The notes below the pieces were generated by a model. The model worked only from the letters and a program-made list of their open reading frames with translations. It made no database searches and was not told the DNA's origin. DNA of 63,751 nucleotides, counting the filler, from Octopus bimaculoides (lineage: Eukaryota), in the NCBI RefSeq assembly GCF_001194135.2. It is 7 parts of 6 records of this genome, joined end to end, with 100 filler letters (N's around TTAATTAATTAA, not from the genome) between each part and the next. Parts side by side here need not be neighbours in the genome. Positions count along the whole stretch, not along the records: positions 1 to 18,692 come from NC_068990.1; positions 18,793 to 29,830 come from NC_068991.1; 5 more parts are not named here. One strand, 5' to 3'. Shown here one piece after another: positions 12,641-24,416 of this stretch. How positions within the stretch are numbered: position 1 is the stretch's first letter; each line of letters starts with the position of its first letter. A program made the position numbers and the translations under genes.

Positions 12641-13723
12641 CTATATATTATAAAAATATTTGTGTCTTTGAATATTTTTTACTCATGCTAACCACTGGTA
12701 TAAATTATTAGTTTAATAATTTATACCCTTATNNNNNNNNNNNNNNNNNNNNNNNNNNNNNNNNNNNNNNNNNNNNNNNNNNNNNNNNNNNNNNNNNNNN
12801 NNNNNNNNNNNNNNNNNNNNNNNNNNNNNNNNNNNNNNNNNNNNNNNNNNNNNNNNNNNNNNNNNNNNNNNNNNNNNNNNNNNNNNNNNNNNNNNNNNNN
12901 NNNNNNNNNNNNNNNNNNNNNNNNNNNNNNNNNNNNNNNNNNNNNNNNNNNNNNNNNNNNNNNNNNNNNNNNNNNNNNNNNNNNNNNNNNNNNNNNNNNN
13001 NNNNNNNNNNNNNNNNNNNNNNNNNNNNNNNNNNNNNNNNNNNNNNNNNNNNNNNNNNNNNNNNNNNNNNNNNNNNNNNNNNNNNNNNNNNNNNNNNNNN
13101 NNNNNNNNNNNNNNNNNNNNATAAAGGGCATTATTATAGAAAAATAATAACGCCACACAGTGGACTTCTCAAAAAATGAATTTTTTTACACACTGGCTTC
13201 TTGATAAAATTCTTGTAAAAGAGTTTTATCCTTTTTTTGAAATTTATATATATATATATAGGTGCAAGCATAGCTGTGTGATTGAGAAGCCTTTTTTCAC
13301 ATTTGACTTTAACATGCTCTCATTCAGAAAAATTTCTCTTTCTAGACTCTATATGTATAAACCTGTCAAGCCAATACACTAAATGACGTCAGTAGACTAC
13401 CAGACATTGTGTTTTGGCATGATTTTGCCTCTTCCATGGCAGACACCACTTAGCATTTTATTCCTAAATATAGGAACATCAGACAATATATTTTCTGTTG
13501 ATTGTTGAGGCTTGCCAAGCTGAAATTAGGTATAAGGACATGAAGCACATGAAACAATAAGGTTTATTATAAATAAATGTACAATTATTTACAGCATACT
13601 TCTGCACATAAGCTATGCATAAATACATACATACATGCATAATGTGTGTGTGTATGCGTGTGTGTATGCATGTGTGTGTGTGTGTGTGTGTGTGTGCAGA
13701 AAAGTAGTTGCAGCTACAAATAT

Positions 13724-14588
13724 ATAAGGTGCGGTAAATAAACTGTCGTTTAAGTTACACAAAATCAAAAATAACACTGTCATCGCATTTTAAGAATATC
13801 TTGAAATTCTAAAGAGTAAATTTATTCAATAAAATTGCCATTGGCTTCAATCACAGCCTCCAGACGACTTCGGAATCTCCTGCAATTCTTCTGGATGGTC
13901 TCCTCGTTTAAGCTGGTGAATGCTGCCAGAATCCTTGCCTTCAGTTCTTTTTGATGTTATAAGGAGTTTTGTTGGTCTCTTGTTCAACTGTGCCCCACAC
14001 ATAATAATCAAGGGGGTTGCAGTTTGGGGAGTTATGTGGTCAGATGTAAGAGGTGTTGTGGTCACAGAAATTGTCTCACAGCCATGACTAGGATCTCCTG
14101 CTTGCGTGGTATGGTGCAGAGTCCTGTTGTCAGACACAGAGTCTCCCAGCAGCCACTCTCTTGACTCAGAGCAGCACTACCTCTTCAAAACACTTGATGT
14201 AGGTCTCGATGTTGAATCTGAGGCCACGTAGGGAGATGAATGGAGGCATAACGTTGTCATCACTAGTGATCACTCCAAACACCACGATGTTGACTGGATG
14301 TTTGATTTTCATCACTGTTGGTACATGTCATCAGATTGCACTGTCCTTAGACTGACACCTAAACACTTTGACTTGTTCATATTGAAGCTTCCAGTGTGAA
14401 TGCCAAGCAGTACAGCATGCTGTTTCCAAATTTCTGGCAGAGTGAATTGCATCATGGTTCTGTTTTACTCACAGATGGTGCCCAACTGACGTTATCATAC
14501 TGTGTAGTTGACAAAATCAAAAACAAGCAATACACACGTGCAAAATTAAGAATATAAAATGGTGACAGTTTATCCATCACATCCTGTA
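13724..14588 (-). mobile_element. Internally deleted maT (DD37D-like, Tc1/mariner superfamily) element
   Basis: Minus strand gives VFGVITSDDNVMPP...IKCFEEVVL..VKRVAAGR..QQDSAP. Imperfect TIRs (aaggtgcggtaaataaactgtc / gacagtttatccatcacatcctg) are flanked by TA. Homologous to 57254-58085. Confidence 0.8.
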
Positions 14589-15574
14589 TATTTATACACA
14601 TACACACATACACATATACACATAGATATGTGTATATGTATANNNNNNNNNNNNNNNNNNNNNNNNNNNNNNNNNNNNNNNNNNNNNNNNNNNNNNNNNN
14701 NNNNNNNNNNNNNNNNNNNNNNNNNNNNNNNNNNNNNNNNNNNNNNNNNNNNNNNNNNNNNNNNNNNNNNNNNNNNNNNNNNNNNNNNNNNNNNNNNNNN
14801 NNNNNNNNNNNNNNNNNNNNNNNNNNNNNNNNNNNNNNNNNNNNNNNNNNNNNNNNNNNNNNNNNNNNNNNNNNNNNNNNNNNNNNNNNNNNNNNNNNNN
14901 NNNNNNNNNNNNNNNNNNNNNNNNNNNNNNNNNNNNNNNNNNNNNNNNNNNNNNNNNNNNNNNNNNNNNNNNNNNNNNNNNNNNNNNNNNNNNNNNNNNN
15001 NNNNNNNNNNNNNNNNNNNNNNNNNNNNNNNNNNNNNNNNNNNNNNNNNNNNNNNNNNNNNNNNNNNNNNNNNNNNNNNNNNNNNNNNNNNNNNNNNNNN
15101 NNNNNNNNNNNNNNNNNNNNNNNNNNNNNNNNNNNNNNNNNNNNNNNNNNNNNNNNNNNNNNNNNNNNNNNNNNNNNNNNNNNNNNNNNNNNNNNNNNNN
15201 NNNNNNNNNNNNNNNNNNNNNNNNNNNNNNNNNNNNNNNNNNNNNNNNNNNNNNNNNNNNNNNNNNNNNNNNNNNNNNNNNNNNNNNNNNNNNNNNNNNN
15301 NNNNNNNNNNNNNNNNNNNNNNNNNNNNNNNNNNNNNNNNNNNNNNNNNNNNNNNNNNNNNNNNNNNNNNNNNNNNNNNNNNNNNNNNNNNNNNNNNNNN
15401 NNNNNNNNNNNNNNNNNNNNNNNNNNNNNNNNNNNNNNNNNNNNNNNNNNNNNNNNNNNNNNNNNNNNNNNNNNNNNNNNNNNNNNNNNNNNNNNNNNNN
15501 NNNNNNNNNNNNNNNNNNNNNNNNNNNNNNNNNNNNNNNNNNNNNNNNNNNNNNNNNNNNNNNNNNNNNNNNNN

Positions 15575-16600
15575 CTTTAAATTCAGATGCACATATCTCG
15601 GCTCAAACAAAACTTTATTAATCGAAATAAATACCACCAGAATCGACACACTTTTGCCAATGCGAAAAAGTTTATTTATGCCAGTAGCATAACAATCCTG
15701 CATTCTGGTGGCAATGAAGTCATTGAAGGCGTGTTTGGCATCGTCTTAGTTTTTGAAGCATTTCTCACATAGGAAGTTGTCGAGATGCTTGTAAAAGTGG
15801 TAGTCGGTAGGTGAGAAATCTGGTGAGTATGGCAGACGAGGCAGAGCTTCATAGCCCAATTCATTCAACTCCTGCAGGGTCAGTTGTGTGACATGCAGCT
15901 GAGCATCGTCATGGAGAAAAATTGGTCCTTTTCTATTGACCAATGCTGGCTGTTGTTGTCAGAGTTTCTTATGCATTTTATCCGTTTGCTGACAGTACTT
16001 CTCCACTGTAATGGTTTTGCCTGGATCCAAAAAGCTGTGATGGATGAGACCGGCTGCAGACCACCAGACAGTCACCACGACCTTCTTTCGGTGCAACTTT
16101 GGCTTCGGGATGTGCTGTGGAACTTCATTGGCGTCCAACCACTGAGCTGAGAATCCACTTTTCATCACAAGTCACAATCTGGTCAAGAAACGGATCGTTC
16201 TTGTTGCATAAAAGAAAGGAAGATGACACTTCAAAATGGCGTTTTTCTTTGGTTGTTATTCAATTCATGCAGCACCCATTTCTCAAGTATCTTTGTTTAT
16301 CCAATCTCTTTCATGTGGTTGGAAATTGTCATATACATTACGTCTAATTCAGAAGCAAGCTCTCGAACAGTTGTGTGTGGATTGGCTTTGACTAAGGCTC
16401 TTAGTTGATCATTGTCAACATTCGATGGCCGACCACTACACTTATCATCTTCAAGACTTTCGTCACTGCTACAAAATTTCTTGAACCACCATTGTACTGT
16501 ACGTTCATTAGTGGTTCCTGGGACAAATGCATCGTTGATATCATGAGCTGTGTCTGTGTCTTTATAATATTTAATTGTTGTAATGATGGTATTACTTTTC
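15575..16600 (-). mobile_element. Mariner (DD34D, Hsmar1/cecropia-like) transposase pseudogene
   Basis: Fragments ERTVQWWFKKF..GRPS, KKVVVTVWWSAAGLIH, FLHDDAQLH..PYSPDFSPTDYHFYKHLDNFL and WQKCVDSGGIYFD*, interrupted by stops and frameshifts. Confidence 0.92.
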
Positions 16601-17002
16601 ATTACCATTGTATTGAGAAATGGTAATTTTGTGGAACTCATTACCTTTGTAAATTTCAAGGCTTGATGTAAATTATTCATAAGGATGTTGAATTCATCTC
16701 AAGTAATTACAGATTTTGTCCAAATTAGAAAACAGCCAACAAAAAATCTTTTCTATGAATTCTCTAAACATCTTCTAAAAATAGCACCATTGTTTTCCTT
16801 TCCTGTCTTGTACAGTTTTTGTTCAAAGTACCTCTTTACAGAGCTCACATATATTGGAGCAAATATGATTCTCATGGCACCACCTTTACTCTATAAATAT
16901 GTTTCCCTCTGAAAGAGAATGCATTATTCTCAGAATTATACTGATAGCATCTAATATGAAACCTGGGGCAAGGAAATTAATAATGTCTTGAAAGTTAACA
17001 AA

Positions 17003-17468
17003 GGAGTGGCTGTGTGGAGTGGCTGTGTGCCGGAGTGACTCTGCGCAGGAGTGGCTGTGCGCAGGAGTGGCTGTGTGGAGGTGCAGGAGTGGCTATGTGA
17101 TAAGTAGCTTGCTTACCAACCACATGGTTCTGGGTTCAGTCCCTCTGCGTGGTACCTTGGGCAAATGTCTTCTACTATAGCCTCGGGCCGACCAAAACCT
17201 TGTGAGTGGATTTGGTAGACGGAAACTGAAAGAAGCCCGTCGTATATATGTATATATATATATGTGTGTCTGTGTTTGTCCTCCCACTATTGTTTGACAA
17301 CTGATGCTGGTGTGTTTACGTCCCCGTAACTTAGCGGTTTAGCAAAAGAGACCGATAGAATAAGTACTAGGCTTACAAAGAATAAGTCCTGGGGTCGATT
17401 TGCTCGACTAAAGGCGGTGCTCCAGCATAGCCGCAGTCAAATGACTGAAACAAGTAAAAGAATAAAGG
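17003..17468 (+). mobile_element. SINE family A, full length, with reiterated 5' head
   Basis: Head, internal (TA/TG)n, then a 3' half ending ggcggtgctccagcatagccgcagtcaaatgactgaaacaagtaaaagaataaa. Confidence 0.9.
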
Positions 17469-17494
17469 TGAACACGTCAAATTGTTACAGCTAA

Positions 17495-17715
17495 AGATTT
17501 AAAGCTTAAACATACCATAGCTGGACCAACATGTCCTACTCATACTTTAGGCAATTTTATTGATATTATTTAAAAACTACTGTGCACATTCATACCAACT
17601 TGCATTTGGAATGACATTGATTTCCAGTCCCATTTAACCAAAAGATGTTTTGCTGTTGTAACCCTCGACATGAATATTCCTCATGATTTAGGTATAACAG
17701 CAATCAAATAGTATG
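17495..17715 (+). mobile_element. Penelope-like reverse transcriptase relic
   Basis: LKHTIAGPTCPTHTLGNFIDII*KLLCTFIP....DF and VTLDM-NIPHDLGITAIK* match the PLE RT motifs RPI.AG..CPT..LS.F.D..L and T.DV.SLYTNIPH..G..AI. Confidence 0.75.
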
Positions 17716-17734
17716 CTAAAAAATACAGAGGTGA

Positions 17735-17900
17735 TTCATCATCATCATCATCATTTAATGTCCATTTTTCATACTGGCACGGGTTGGATGGTTTAAAAGG
17801 GGAAGATGAATCCAAAAACTACAATGTGCTCCAACATCTGCTTTGGCTCGGTTTCTATGTTTGGATGCCATTCCTAATATGAGCCACTTTACATGTACTG
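17735..17900 (-). mobile_element. Degenerate RTE-type 3' tail
   Basis: (CAT)n followed by gtccatttttcatactggcacgggttggatgg...ggatgccattcctaat. Confidence 0.6.
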
Positions 17901-18106
17901 GGTACTTTTTCAAGTCATCTACACTATTCAGGTCACCAGGCAGCTCAAAGAACTATGAATACTGGAGGAGGGGTAACTTTGTGCTAAAGGATGTTTAAAC
18001 TATGTGAGAGAAGTGGGGAGGTCAGAGCAGTTTCTTGTAGTAGAGGTTCAACATTATTAAAGGGACCACTTGACCCCATGTCTGCTAACTTACCAGGCTC
18101 TTTACA

Positions 18107-18150
<44 letters not shown>

Positions 18151-18488
18151 GAATTAAGACTAAGACAGAGGCATCAATGTTAGGGATAAGTTATAAGAAT
18201 GACCAGTAATAAGGGTATTTAATATTCTGAGGCAAATATGTACATTCAAGATAAAGTGAATAACAGAATAGAGTGATAATAGAAAGGCAACATGACTGAA
18301 AAGGTAGAGTAGACAGAGGGAGAGACAGGATGTGTAGGGGAAAAGGAGCAAGAGTATAATGCCAGGTAGAGTGAAAGGGGACATGACTGGTTGTACAAGA
18401 GGGGAGGGAGATGGTGATAGTGACGGTTAAAGTGTACTGAGTACAATAGGTTTGATGTGGCACAGTCTTGGAACATATTCATATGTGT

Positions 18489-18660
18489 ACTCTTTTACTT
18501 GTTTCAGTCATTTGACTGTGGCCATGCTGGAACACCGCCTTTAGTCGAGCCTAGTACTTATTCTATCGATCTCTTTTTGCCGAACCGCTAAGTGACGGGG
18601 ACATAAACACATCAGCATCATTTGTCAAGCAATGCAAGGGGGACAAACACAGACACACAA

Positions 18661-18665
<5 letters not shown>
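18489..18665 (-). mobile_element. SINE family A, 3' half in antisense
   Basis: cttttacttgtttcagtcatttgactgtggccatgctggaacaccgcc is the reverse complement of the tail at 17413-17468. The head is lost in the gap. Confidence 0.85.
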
Positions 18666-18692
<27 letters not shown>

Positions 18693-18906
18693 NNNNNNNN
18701 NNNNNNNNNNNNNNNNNNNNNNNNNNNNNNNNNNNNTTAATTAATTAANNNNNNNNNNNNNNNNNNNNNNNNNNNNNNNNNNNNNNNNNNNNTCTGTAAT
18801 GCTGTATTTGTACAGTATTTTTGTTTTCTTCTTGTTACTTAGTTGTGTTGATTGTTTACTAATTTCGTTGAGAATCGATAAATCTTTTCTCTTTTATTAT
18901 TATTAC

Positions 18907-18966
<60 letters not shown>

Positions 18967-18967
18967 G

Positions 18968-19402
18968 AAGGCGGTGAGCTGGCAGAACCGTTGGCACGCT
19001 GGAGGAAATGTTTAGCGGTATTTTGTCTGCTGCTGCTTTCTACGTTCAAATTCCACCTAGGTCGACTTTACCTTTCATCCTTTCGGGGTCGATAAATTAA
19101 GTACCAGTTGAATAGTGGGGTCGATGAAATCGACTATCCCCCGCCCCCAAAATTCAGGCCTTGTGCTTATAATAGAAAGGATTATTATTATTATAAAGAC
19201 GGTGAGCTGGCAGAATCGTTAGCACGTTGGACGAAATGCTTAGCGGTATTTCGCTCATCGTTACGCTCGAAGTTCAAATTCCGCCAAGGTCAACTTTCAT
19301 CATTTCTGGGCTTATAAATTAAGTACCAGTGACACTCTGGTGTCAGTGTTATCGAGTAGTACCCTCCCCCACTTTTCAGGCTTTGCTCCTATAGTGGAAA
19401 GG

Positions 19403-19434
<32 letters not shown>

Positions 19435-19519
19435 CATCATCATCGTCACCATCACCATCACCATCACCATCATCATCATCATTATCATTATCATTATCAT
19501 TATTATCATTATTATCATT

Positions 19520-19559
<40 letters not shown>

Positions 19560-19629
19560 ACATCATCATCATCATCAACATCATCATCATCATCATCTTC
19601 ATCATCATCATCATCATCATCAACATCAA

Positions 19630-19676
<47 letters not shown>

Positions 19677-19923
19677 AGGCGGTGCGCTGGCAGAATCGTT
19701 AGCAGGCCGGGAGAAATGCTTAGCGGCATTTCGTCCGTCATCACGTTCTGAATTTTAAATTATGCCGAGGTCGACTTTCAACGTTTCCAGGTCGATAAAT
19801 TAAGTACCAGTGAAACACTGGAGTCGACGTAATCGACTAGTCCCTTCCCCAACATTTCAGGTCTTAGGCCTGTAGTAGAAAGGATTATTATGATCATCAT
19901 TATTATTATTATTATTATTATTA

Positions 19924-19975
<52 letters not shown>

Positions 19976-20194
19976 GATTATTAAGGCAGCGAGCTTGTAG
20001 AACCATTAGCATGCAGGGCGAAATGCTTAGCAGTATTTCGTCTGATTCTACGTTCGGAGTTCAAAGTCCACCGAGGTCGACTTTGCCTTTCATCCTTTCG
20101 GTGTCGATTAAATAAGTACCAGTTAAACACTGGGGTCGATGTACTCGACTTAATCCCTTCCACCAAATTTCAGGCCTTGTGCCTACAGTAGAAA

Positions 20195-20249
<55 letters not shown>

Positions 20250-20446
20250 GGTGGCGAACTAGCAGAACCGCTAGCACGCCGGGCGAAATGCTTAGCGGTA
20301 TTTCGTCCGTCTTCAAGTTTTGAGTTCGACTTTGCATCTCATCCTTTCGGGGTCCGATAAATTAAGTACCAGTGAAATACTGGAGTCGATGTAATCGACT
20401 TATTCCCTCCCGTAAAATCGCTGCCTTTGTGACAAAACTTGAAACC
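18968..20446 (+). mobile_element. Head-to-tail array of five SINE family B copies separated by (ATT)n/(ATC)n
   Basis: Copies at about 18968-19180, 19196-19402, 19676-19882, 19983-20193 and 20229-20446. Each has a ggcgagctggcagaatcgttagcacg-like head and a ctttcatcctttcggggtcgataaattaagtaccag core. Confidence 0.92.
19403..19675. repeat. Long imperfect (CAT)n microsatellite
   Basis: About 270 bp of CAT/CAC/TAT triplets. It produces the spurious poly-M/I/D ORFs in the track. Confidence 0.95.
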
Positions 20447-20468
20447 ATTATCATCATTATTATTTCAG

Positions 20469-20589
20469 AAAGTAGTAACACAATGGAATATGTCATTCTT
20501 GTGTTGTATATTTTGACCGTTGTTGGACTGAATGCTGCATCCTGCGGTGATTACATTTACACCTCAGAACTATATCCTACAAAAATAAG
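20469..20589 (+). CDS. SLC22-family (MFS) organic ion transporter, internal coding exon (TM10 and ELYPT motif)
   Basis: Acceptor tttcag|AA and donor ATAAG|gtatgg. Translates (E)SSNTMEYVILVLYILTVVGLNAASCGDYIYTSELYPTKI(R). YTxELYPTxxR is the SLC22/sugar-transporter signature after TM10. Phase 1 in, phase 2 out. Confidence 0.9.
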
Positions 20590-21209
20590 GTATGGATCCA
20601 CTGGTAATAAATGTTTCTGTATGTTTCTGTAGAAATGACAAGGGACCTACCTTTGTCATTGTATGACTGACGACATAGTAATTAAATTTGAAATTTGAAA
20701 TTCGAAATGGAACTAATACTTTGTAGGAACTCTAATTCATGTTGAAATCAATGTATACATTTCCATAATTTGATTACCAGTTCGAAACTAGTTTTATTTT
20801 AACTATTAGTAAATTGCTTATCAATATTTTCAAACTACATATTGTCTCCTAAACCTACATCATTTCTTTTCCTGTAAAACTTTGATTTTATCGATTTGAA
20901 ATTTGAAGCTAAAATACTATAAATACATTCTCAAAATGAGAGAAATGATACTGAAATGAGGGAAATTTCAATTAGGTAATTTCATTGTTGAAATTTCTTT
21001 GGTGTTTGGAAACTGGACTGATAGTCAGAGAAGACGCAAAGTAATCATTTGCTTCATTTGAAAGCAAACTAAACAAATGATGTATTATTTTCTAAAGAAG
21101 CTAACCCATTATTCTACCTTTTCTAACATTTACAAGTGTATGACATAATTATTGATTTATATGTTTTAACTAAACATTGTCTCTAATCGTAAATTTCTTG
21201 TGATTGTAG

Positions 21210-21282
21210 AAGTATTGGAAGTGGTTTTGCTACAACTTTCACGCGGTTTGTATGCTTGGCATCACCTTTCCTCAAACTCCTG
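21210..21282 (+). CDS. SLC22-family transporter, penultimate coding exon (TM11)
   Basis: Acceptor ttgtag|A and donor CTG|gtgagt. 73 nt completes the split Arg codon and gives SIGSGFATTFTRFVCLASPFLKLL, matching the SLC22 TM11 pattern RxxGxG...R....PF. Phase-compatible with both neighbouring exons. Confidence 0.92.
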
Positions 21283-21839
21283 GTGAGTAAATGTTCATTC
21301 TACGGAATCTAAACTACGGAATATTCAACTACAGGCTGTTAATTACGGAACTTAACAAATTAGGAAAATAAAGTTTATTTAGCAAAAAATAATTTTGGTG
21401 ATTTTAGTTAATTGTATGGTGCTCTTTAAGAATATGGAATCATATCTCTCCATCACATCTAGATCTTGATCTGCAAGATACCACCTGTATACTAAACTTA
21501 CATGCAGTACGTCAAGGGGCCTTTTTTGTCTTTTAAAAATGACCTTGATTGTTCTTTTTTTGTGACAAGTTGTAATGACAAGCTGTAATGAAAGAAACGT
21601 AAATAAAGATAAAACACTATTTTTAGAACACTTGATTTAAATGTGCCTTTTGGATGTTATTGTGACTTTATCCAATTGGCAATTGCTCTGTTCACCGGAG
21701 ACTGCTATTTTTTTATTTCTCCAATTTGCTTCAATTTTCGTAGCTTCAAAACAAATATGTTGCAATGACCAAATAATCACTTTTTCTATATCAGTAGGAA
21801 TATGCGTTCAAGGACATCAGACCACTCACACAAGCAAGA

Positions 21840-23610
21840 CATGAGGCTCACTTGTGAAACATGGAGACCAAGATAAATGTTTGCTCCAAGTATTGCAGTG
21901 ATCAGTGGTCCAGTCGCTAGCTGAAGCAAATGCCATTTGCCACATCAATAGAATGGCAACAACAAACCAAAAATTCGTTTCATTGCTATTTTTGTATTAT
22001 TAATTATCATGTGCCCTAATTTGCAATGTACTATAAGATCGCAGCCGCATGATGATGAAATTCCTCTTGTTTCAAGCAATTAACCACTGACTGTATCAGA
22101 TGACGACTGTGATGACGAAACTGGGCGTGAAAATCAAATGGATGACAAGGAATTCGAAACTTCACTTAATGCTCTAAACTAAATCAAGAACAATCGAATC
22201 ATTTTGTTCAAAAGTTTGAATTTTCCAAGAATGAGGCTTACCTGACTGGGACAATTCCCAGAAAATTTGGTGTCTTTGCCTAAGTAACCAATAAGAAAAA
22301 AAGAACAGCGTATAGGCACTAAGAAAAGAAATTCATCGAATTTTTCCACGCACATGGTGAACTGGATTTGGCTTATTGCAAGAACATTACTGGTTTGATG
22401 AGGGTGCTGGAAATTTCCTCTGATATCAAGATAGATTGATGGTTACTCATTGATGGGACTGCTTCCAGCTTAGAGGCAGGGATTTTACATGCTGGAAATG
22501 AGTATTCAGGGATTCCAGTGGGTTCTTCGAAGAAGGCAAAGAAGAGTCACACGATACTATCAAGATGCTGCTTTCCTTGATCAGGCATGATGATTTCAAG
22601 TGGAAAACTAGGAGTGACTTGTAGATTATAGGTTTTTTTAAAAAAAAGAACGAAACGCTAAGGGATTACATATAGATTCGCTGTTACTTGTGTTTATGGG
22701 ACAACTGGGCTCGAAATAAGCGCTACAGTCAGCAGAATAGTCCAACACGTCATGAATGGAGACCTGGAAATAAAAGCGTAGCATTCCTACAATTAGTTTC
22801 ACCTGAGCCAATTGTGTTATCACCACTCCATATAAACCTTGAAATCTTCAAATGTTTTGTGAAATCACTGGACACTGAGGGACAATGAATCAAGTGGCAC
22901 AAATATTTCTGCCCTCAGTTAAGCGAAGCAATGATTAAAGAAGACGTGTTCGTTAGATCAGACACTCGCAAATTGATGAAGAATCAGATGTTCAGAGATT
23001 CATTCGATGGAATTGAACAATAGAATTATGATCCTGTGTTAAGGGTTGTCGAAAACATTCTAGGAAAAGAACCGGAGCCTGAATTACAAGGCAATCCTAA
23101 CTGACCTTCTGGATTCATTCAAGGGTGCCAGGGTGTCGAAATGTTATTAAAAATACACTTGAATTTCATTATTTTGAACAAGGGCAACACCAGTGATGAA
23201 CATCGCGAAAGATTTCATGAAGTGATCACTACTATTGTAATAATGTACCAAATGCAAACCGATCCCCGCTTCATGTCAGATTATTGCTGGCTTCACTCTT
23301 CTACACCTCCATGCTAGTGATTTTGGCAATGAGGTTAAGGTTGTAACATTTTCTGGTAATTTTTTTCCAAGTGTATATTGTTATTTTAACAATGATTCAT
23401 TGTAGTTTAATAAATTAATAAATTATTACAAGGTTCACATGGCTTGACACATTTTCTGTAAATGTGGTATATGTGGGATATCTTGTAGATCAAAATGTAG
23501 ACATGATGGAGCAAAACGGATTTCATTTTCATGCACAACACTCTAAAATTAAACAGATCACATAAAGTAATGTTTGCTAAAACATTAGCGTCATGCTGTG
23601 TTATTAACAT
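21840..23610 (+). mobile_element. Decayed Chapaev3-like (CMC superfamily) DNA transposon in the last SLC22 intron
   Basis: CLWDNWAR..Y....P.RHEWRPGNKSV...VSPEPIVLSPLHINL..FKCFVKSLD and SDEHRERFHE...SDYCW match the C(L/E)WDSRA, PPLHIKLG..K.FVKA and EHGERFHQ..DYCW motifs. Multiple stops. The family name is from recall. Confidence 0.7.
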
Positions 23611-24416
23611 TCTTATCAATGACCTTCATTATACAACACATTTCAATACATGTGTGTATGTGTGTGTTTGTGTATGTGTGTGTTTGTGTGAGAGAGAGTA
23701 AGAAATATGCCCTAATACTTCAGTCTATTAATTTGCATGTCCGTTTGATAAATGCATATTAGTTATGAATCATATATCTGTACCACACATCATCGTAGTG
23801 CTTAGAACAATAATCCTGTTAATGCTTAATACTGTGCATGAAATAATCCCCCAGATTTCTGTAAAAGAGTCTACTTAGTTTTATTCAGGTTATGCTAGAC
23901 AAATTCACATAAGACTTCATTTCAATTCAATAGGTTTTTTTCTCTCTTCAACATACTTCCTTGCCTATTGTAACCTTCATTTTTTTACAGCAATCGCCCT
24001 TCTCTTGACCAGTCATCACTCTTCATTTGTATAACGTATTTTTTATGTTTGTAGCAGTCTTTGGGTTTTTTTTACGGAAGAAGTTTTCTATTTCTAAATC
24101 GTCATTTCCCTCATTTCTCTCTATCTGTTTCTCTCTGTCTCTGTCTCTATCGCTCTCCTTCTATTCTTCCTCCTTACATTTTCTCTAACGTCTAATAATT
24201 TTTCAGAGTAAGCTTCCCCCTTCAATGATTAAATCTTTATTTTCATATCAAACTGAGCCATTGTGATTAGTCAATTCATATAGCTTGTCGTTTACATACA
24301 TTTCCATTGGATGAGATCATATCCTTTCCTGGATCGTTGTTGGTCGGATTGTTATTCATATTTATCGATGAATATATTTTTATAATTTCACTAATGTACT
24401 AATTTTCTATGTCCAG

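Noticed and set aside
18737-18748. TTAATTAATTAA islands inside N runs (also at 29875, 50641, 55787, 58218, 60734)
   Set aside because: The identical palindromic 12-mer has stops in all six frames and is centred in gaps of about 100 bp (44 N + 12 + 44 N at 18693-18792). It is an artificial scaffolding spacer, not biology.
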